From assembly GCF_006345805.1 (NCBI RefSeq), contig NC_043019.1:14321360-14385359 (forward strand): 64,000 nt of DNA, in the 5' to 3' direction. The position numbers were made by a program, and so were the translations under genes. The notes below the pieces were generated by a model, which was given only the letters and a program-made list of their open reading frames with translations, ran no database searches and was not told the origin of the DNA. The number at the start of each line of letters is the position of its first letter. The first letter of the stretch is position 1. The DNA comes from Octopus sinensis (taxonomy: Eukaryota). Below are positions 57,565-64,000 of the stretch, one piece after another.

Positions 57565-58342
57565 CCAGAAGTTTTGAGACTTTTTCATGAAGACATCAAT
57601 TTTTTAAGATAATAAAACTCTAATCGCCTTCAACATAGGATCCTCTGAGTTCAGTGCGCCTGTTGTGGCGCTCCTGCCACTTTGTGAAGGCCCTTGTGGA
57701 AGTCTTCAAAAGGGAAGGTGTCCAGGACCCATGTCACAGGGAGCAAGGTTTGGACTGTGTGTAGAGTGAGGGGCAGTTTTGATACCCTGCCTTTGTGAAG
57801 TGGTTGGTTACCAGGATGGAATTGCGAACTGGTGCTCTGGCCTTTTGCAACAAAATCTCTTCCTGAATTCTCTAAAAACCTCCACAAAGTACTCTTTGTT
57901 GACTGTCTCAGGGAACTCAGAGGAAGTAGACGAAGTTTTCACTGTCGAAAAAAAAAGCGGATCATCATGAACTTCCTGGTGGACTATCTTCGCTTAGCCT
58001 CTTGTTCCAGTAAAAAAAACAACAGATGCCTGGTTCATACAAGTCAATCCATGACCAGTCTGGAGCACTTCATAAGCCTGTGTAGCATCGTTGCTCAGTT
58101 ACACACCAAACTTTATTGCATGGCAAACTTCCAACCTGTCTTCACATCCCGACTGCATTCTGCAAACAAGTCAGCCGTGACAAACAGCATTTACTAGGAT
58201 GTGTTCAAAATGCTGTTACAGCCCTATCTTTGGCAGGTCAGCTTATTGGATGTATAAGAATGATATACTAAAGTTACAATACTCTAGGTCAGTTATAACT
58301 GCCTTTCCTAATAAAGTCTCAAAACTTCTGGAATGCACCCCA
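57565..58342 (-). mobile_element. Degenerate mariner transposon
   Basis: 19-bp perfect IR CCAGAAGTTTTGAGACTTT at 57565-57583 and 58313-58331; TA at 58343-58344; minus-strand relic ETVNKEYFVEVFREFRKRFCCKRP..GIKTAPHSTHSPNLAPCD (mariner YSPDLAPCD). Confidence 0.85.
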
Positions 58343-58720
58343 TAGTGCCTCCTTATTTTAATTTGAATTCTTGTGTGATTCCAATTCTTATGTTAACTGA
58401 TGGAAGCCAAGAGATACTTATCCAAATGAATGCTTACTAAAGCACCGGAGTTTATGTTTAAATGGCAATTCATAATTATTTCAATTTTAATGGATATTTT
58501 TCTAAGTTTTCCAATTGAAATTTGGAAAAATCTTTAGGGATTATCTTGGTTTCATTTTTTTAAACATTCTTTATGATGGGTGCGACTGGTTGCCTAAAGT
58601 TGCGTTTGTATGTGTGCATACACACACACACTCACTCACTCGTATGTTCCATGCCAGCATAGAAAATGGATGATAACTGATAATGATATATATATATATA
58701 TACACCTATGTGTATGTATG

Positions 58721-58759
<39 letters not shown>

Positions 58760-58792
58760 GTGTGTCTGTATATATATACTTACATGTGTGTG

Positions 58793-58825
<33 letters not shown>

Positions 58826-59186
58826 CTGTATATATATATATATATATACATACGTGTGTGTCTTTATATATACATACGTGTGTGTCTATATATATATATA
58901 CGTGTGTGTCTATATATATATATACGTGTGTGTCTATATATATATATATATCTCAAAACAAAAATTTTAATCTGTGCTTCTTTTCCAATATGTATTTTAT
59001 TGACTAACTATAATATATATATATGTATATATAAAATATGCGTGAGTGCATACTTGTATACATGTATAGATATATATATATATATATAACGGGAAGCTTT
59101 ATGAAAATAAACAAAAGACGAAGGCAGGTGGAAAACAAACGAACAATTGTATTAGTATGGCGCTCAGGAAATATAAATAAAACAAG

Positions 59187-59224
59187 TCTTTAACGTTTCG
59201 AGCCTACGCTCTTCAACAGAAAGA
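59187..59224 (-). ncRNA. Ultra-compact HHR-like motif (ACGT palindrome type)
   Basis: Minus strand TCTTT-CTGTTGA-A-GAGC-GTAG-GCTC-GAAA-CG-TT-AAAGA; A6>U in core. Confidence 0.5.
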
Positions 59225-61624
59225 TACACAGAGAGAGAAAAACACAGAAAGAAGGAGAGAAAAAAAATGCGTGCAGTAGCTAACGAATCAACATGGCGAT
59301 ATATATATATATGCACACACATACATACATACATACATACACAATGTATACATCTATATTGGTGGTTCTCAACCATTTTTTTTTATCTCCAGACCCCTTT
59401 CATTACCATTTTATTCTGGTGGACCCCCATTGCCATTCAATGTCTAAAAACTAGTTTTATAGATAAATCTTTCAAAATTCTTATTTTGTTTTTTCACACA
59501 TTAACCTATGATGGTTGATCTATGTAAAACGTTCGAGAAAGAAATCTAGCTGTTTCTTGCAATAAGTATATCATCATCATCATCCTTTAACATCCGTCTT
59601 CCATGCTAGCATAGGTTGGACGGTTCGACTGGGGTCTGGGAAGCCAGAAGGCTGCACCAGGCTCCAGTCTGATCTGGCAGTGTTTCTACGGCTGGATGTC
59701 CTTCCTAACGCCAACCACTCCGTGAGTGTAGTGGGTGCTTTTTACATGCCACCAGCACAGGTGCCAGGGGAGGCTGGCAACGGCTACAATCGGTTGGTGC
59801 TTTTTACATGCCACCGGCACGGAAGCCAGTCAAGGCGGCGCTGGCATCGGCCACGTACGGATGGTGCTTTTTACATGCCACCAGCACAGGTATCAATCTA
59901 AAGCAAAATTTCTTTATGGACCCTTAAAATATTACTGTGGATCCCCAATACACTATTTTGCTTTGTGTAGACCCCCAAAAACCCTTTTTGTACCCCGGTT
60001 GAGAACTACTGATCTAAATGTGTATGTCTGTGGGTAACTGGATTTCCATCGGCTTTGATAAAAGCCATTCCAGTGTGGGTAGGTGGATATTCTAAAATAC
60101 ATATTCCCAGGCAGAAAGGGCCATAACATGGCATTTGACTGGACTTGCCCTTATGAATTATAGCCCCTAGATAATCTTCCTCCGACAGGCTTTCCCTCCT
60201 CACACAGCTTCTGTCTCCCAAATTTCTCTCACATGGCATCTGCTAACCCAAAACTATGGTGAGAAGACATGCACCATGATATCACACAGTATGTTTGAGT
60301 TGAACCTGGAACCTCGTGACTACTAAGTTTATTTCTCAACCACTGCATCCTCTAGGAACCACAAAATATATTCGACTTTTTTTTTTTTTTTTTTTTTCAA
60401 TTTTTTATACATGAAACTTTATAATTTTGCTTCTGAAATAATAATATAAGGTGATTTGTGAATGAAAGATGTGTTGGACAAGGTTGTGAATAAGAATTTT
60501 AAAGCAATGTTGTCCCTGAAATCCACATACTTCTGTGATGAAAATAACTAATTTTCTTAAAAAAAAAAAAAAAAAAAACTAGTCTGTGATCTCAAATATA
60601 TTGGTTTCTTTTTTTTTTTTGTTTACTTCTCTCTTTATCAATAAAATTTTAACGATCTTTCTTCAAAAATTTCCATTTATTCATCTTTTTTTTTCATTTC
60701 TGAGAAAATACATTCGTTTTTAAGCATGTATATATATATATATATACTCTTTTTACTCTTTTACTTTTTTCAGTCATTTGACTGCGGCCATGCTGGAGCA
60801 CCGCCTTTAGTCGAGAAAATCAACCCCGGGACTTATTCTTTGTAAGCCCAGTACTTATTCTATCGGTCTCTTTTGCCAAACTGTTAAGTGACGGGGACGT
60901 AAACACACCAGCATCGGTTGTCAAGCAATGCTAGGGGGACAAACACAGACACACATACATATATACGACAGGCTTCTTTCAGTTTCCGTCTACCAAATCC
61001 ACTTACAAGACATTGGTCGGCCCGGGGCTATAGCAGAAGACACTTGCCCAAGATGCCACGCAGTGGGACTGAACCCGGAACCATGTGGGTGGTTAGCAAG
61101 CTACTTACCACACAGCCACTCCTGCGCCTATATATATATATAGTCATAAAATACAGTGTACATTTAAACACATAAGGAATCCACTCGTGGGATTCAACAT
61201 GCTAGAAAGAACAGCAAGGTTCTATAACCACAAAATGAGGGATAAAATTCGACAGGAATGAAATGAAACAATAAAAACTTTTTACCATCTAATTTCCTGG
61301 ACCAATTGGTTTCTGATTTTACTTTAGCAAGTAAATAACTTATACTCGCGAGGTGAAATCGTTTTCAACAGGGACACCTTAGATTTAAATATATAGACAC
61401 AAGGCGATCAACTATGTGTCCCTTGTTTATACATCCTAATCTTTTCAACATCTACTGCGCAGGCGCAGTCCTTCGCCAGCAATAAAAAAAAATGCCAACT
61501 TTTAAAAACGGAAAATTATCCGAAGACTTAAAATATTTAATCGTATCAAAGGGAAATGGAAATTAATAGAAATTTGAACTCGGAATCTTGGGGTTAACAA
61601 CAAACAAGATGAGGACAAATATCT

Positions 61625-61990
61625 GTCGCCGTGGCATGTAAAAAGCACCATCCGAACGTGGCCGATGCCAGCGCCGCCTTGACTGGCTTCTGTGCCGGTG
61701 GCACATAAAAAGCACCATCCAAACGTGGCCGATGCCAGCGCCGCCTTGACTGGCTTCTGTGCCGGTGGCACGTTAAAAGCACCAACCAATCGTGGCCACT
61801 GCCAGACTCCCCTGGCACGTAAAAAGCACCCACTACACTCACGGAGTAGTTGGCATTAGGAAGGGCATCCAGCTGTAGAAACACTGCCAGATCAGACTGG
61901 AGCCTGGTGCAGCCTCCTGGCTTCCCAGACCCCGGTTGGACCGTCCAACCCATGCTAGCACAGAAAACGGACGTTAAACGATGATGATGA
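61625..61990 (+). mobile_element. SINE family D with RTE-like 3' end and (GAT)n tail (other copies ~8690-9060, 12590-12765, 15100-15820, 26560-27060, 28180-28545, 28925-29192, 35050-35640, 40530-40790, 59575-59895, 62280-62620, 63670-63905)
   Basis: Shared GGTTGGCGTTAGGAAGGGCATCCAGCTGTAGAAA...GGACGTTAAACGATGATGATG; variable 5' module array. Confidence 0.8.
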
Positions 61991-62649
61991 TCAAATGTAA
62001 ATAATGTACATAATTCCTCATCTCTTAAATATAGAACTGTATAAATGGTGCTTATTGTGTGCCACCATCATGGGTGCCAGTCAGGCGGCACTGGCATTGG
62101 CCACAACTACAATTTCCATTTTGATTGGGATTTTGATTTTACTTGACTCAGTAGGTCTCCTCAAGCATGGCATGTTGCCCGATGATCCAAAGGTACTCTT
62201 TTAAATGGGCTGGTTATGTGACACCGGTGTAGGCTATGGCTGTGATCTCACTTTACTTGCCGGGTCTTCTCAGTCACAGCATCATCATCATCATCATCGT
62301 TTAACATCCGCTTTCCATGCTAGCATGGGTTGGACAATTTGACTGAGGTCTGGCGAACCAGACTTCAATCTGATCTGGCAGAGTTTCAACAGCTGGATGC
62401 CCTTCCTAACGCCAACCACTCCGAGAGTGTAGTGGGTGCTTTTATGTGCCACCAGGCAATAGGGCCAGTCAGGCAGTACTGGCAACAGCCACGCGCAAGT
62501 GGTGCTTTTTATGTGTCACCTGCACAGGAGCCAGTCCAGCGGCACAGGCAATGACCTCACTCAAATGTTTTTTCACGTGCCACCAGCACAAGTGCTAGTA
62601 AGGCGACGCAGGTAATGATCACGAGGTGACGCAGCATGTCTCTATTATA

Positions 62650-62871
62650 TTGGGTTGTCCGGAAAGTTCGTGCCGATTTATAGTTGCTTACCTTTCGACT
62701 TACCCACCCAGGCACCTCAATTCTAGGAAGAGGGTATTTTCAAGTTAAAGGAAAGATGGGAACGCATTGTGCAACAAAATGGTTTGTATTTGGTTGATTA
62801 AAAATGTAATGGGAAGTATTTATTGACCTTCTTTCATTTAAAAATCGGCATGAACTTTCCGGACAACCCAA
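62650..62871 (+). mobile_element. Mariner-derived MITE
   Basis: TIR TTGGGTTGTCCGGAAAGTTC(G/A)TGCCGATTT, TA TSD both sides; internal relic EEGIFKLKERWERIVQQNGLYLVD* (62727-62801) = mariner C-terminus. Confidence 0.9.
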
Positions 62872-63079
62872 TACTTCTTCTAAAAACAGAATAACATGTA
62901 TACAGAAACCATGGCTTTTGTAGACCAAAAATTTCACTGCTACAGATGTTAGCGTCATCATCTGGTCAAGCTTGATCAGACATTTTTAACCTGCGCAAAC
63001 CATCCATCTCGGTCCTGCATTGGTTGAGGAAGGTCCCCAGTGTCTTTGACAGATATTTGTCCTCATCTTGTTTGTTGTT

Positions 63080-63125
63080 AACACAACATTTCGGCTGATA
63101 TACCCTCCAGCCTTCTTCAGGTGTC
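63080..63125 (-). ncRNA. HHR-like motif, left arm of fold-back element
   Basis: Minus strand GACAC-CTGAAGA-A-GGCTGG-AGGGTATA-TCAGCC-GAAA-TG-TT-GTGTT. Confidence 0.58.
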
Positions 63126-63161
63126 TTGGGGGAAATTTCGAACCTGGGTTCTCATTCCTAA

Positions 63162-63207
63162 GACACCTGATGAAGGCTGGAGGATATACCAGCTGAAAGG
63201 TTGTGTT
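63162..63207 (+). ncRNA. HHR-like motif, right arm of fold-back element
   Basis: GACAC-CTGATGA-A-GGCTGG-AGGATATA-CCAGCT-GAAA-GG-TT-GTGTT. Confidence 0.55.
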
Positions 63208-64000
63208 AAGAACAAACAAGATGAGGACAAATATCCGTCGAATGTAAATAATGTAAATAATTCCTCATCTCTTAAATATAGAAATGTCCATCAACCCCAG
63301 TGTTTCACTGGTACTTAATTTATCGACCCCCAAAACGATGACAGGTAAAGTCGACCTTGGCTTAATTTGAACTCAAAACATAGCAAGTAGATGAAATACT
63401 GCTAAGCATCAAGTACATCAATCAAATTAAAAATCAAATGGCTATTGTAGTTGTGATACCCACGTCGGTGGCATGTTGGGCCTCACAGAGGCAATGACGA
63501 AAGACCGAGACCTCTGAGATATGCTGTGACTGTGAAGACCTGACAAATGAAGTGAGTTCATGGCTCACAGGACGGCCTGCAGTGCTAACCTTGGATCGTA
63601 GGGTGACCTGCTGTGCTTGAGGAGACCTATTGAGTCAAGTACATCAACATCAAAATAAAAATCAAATGGAAATTGTAGTTGTGATACCCATGCCGGTGGC
63701 ATGTAAAAAGCACCAACCAATCGTGGCACATAAAAAGCACCCACTACACTCTCGGAGTGGTTGGCATTAGGAAGGGCATCCAGCTGTAGAAACACTGCCA
63801 GATCAAACTGGAGCCTGGTGCAGCCTCCTGGCTTCCCAGACCCCGGTCGAACCGTCCAACCCATGCCAGCATGGAAAAACGGACGTTAAACGATGATGAT
63901 GATTTCATCCAGTGTGCTAATGATTCTGCCAGCTCACTGCCTCAATATTAATCCTTTCTAGTAAAGGCACAAGGCCTGAAATTTGGGGAAAGGGAACTAA

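Noticed and set aside
58610-59089. YIYI/VCV ORFs (also 20966-21399, 55815-56048)
   Set aside because: (TA)n/(TG)n microsatellite translations.

Overview
AT-rich, microsatellite- and SINE-dense eukaryotic DNA. The repeat families suggest a coleoid cephalopod, probably Octopus (inference). The only supportable protein-coding gene is a + strand PX-domain AGC kinase of the SGK family (SGK3-like). I assembled 14 GT-AG coding exons by hand from 1970 to the TAA at 45930-45932: 1401 nt, 466 aa, all phases consistent. The start codon lies upstream of the window. Almost every other ORF in the supplied track is a microsatellite or repeat artefact. Introns and 3' flank hold tRNA-derived SINEs, piggyBac-type and mariner MITEs, Helitron-like elements (one with a 116-bp satellite), and RTE, CR1, Penelope-like and mariner relics. 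The most notable unannotated signal is a set of hammerhead-ribozyme (HHR) motifs. Two divergent, structurally co-varying ~220-nt HHR-headed elements lie on the sense strand of SGK introns (40076-40294, 43441-43663). Several Penelope-type minimal HHRs also occur, some inside fold-back elements (28640, 39186, 49099, 59187, 63080/63162). Long hairpins are frequent, including a 95-bp stem about 950 nt past the SGK stop. All RNA structures were paired by eye and ribozyme activity is untested.
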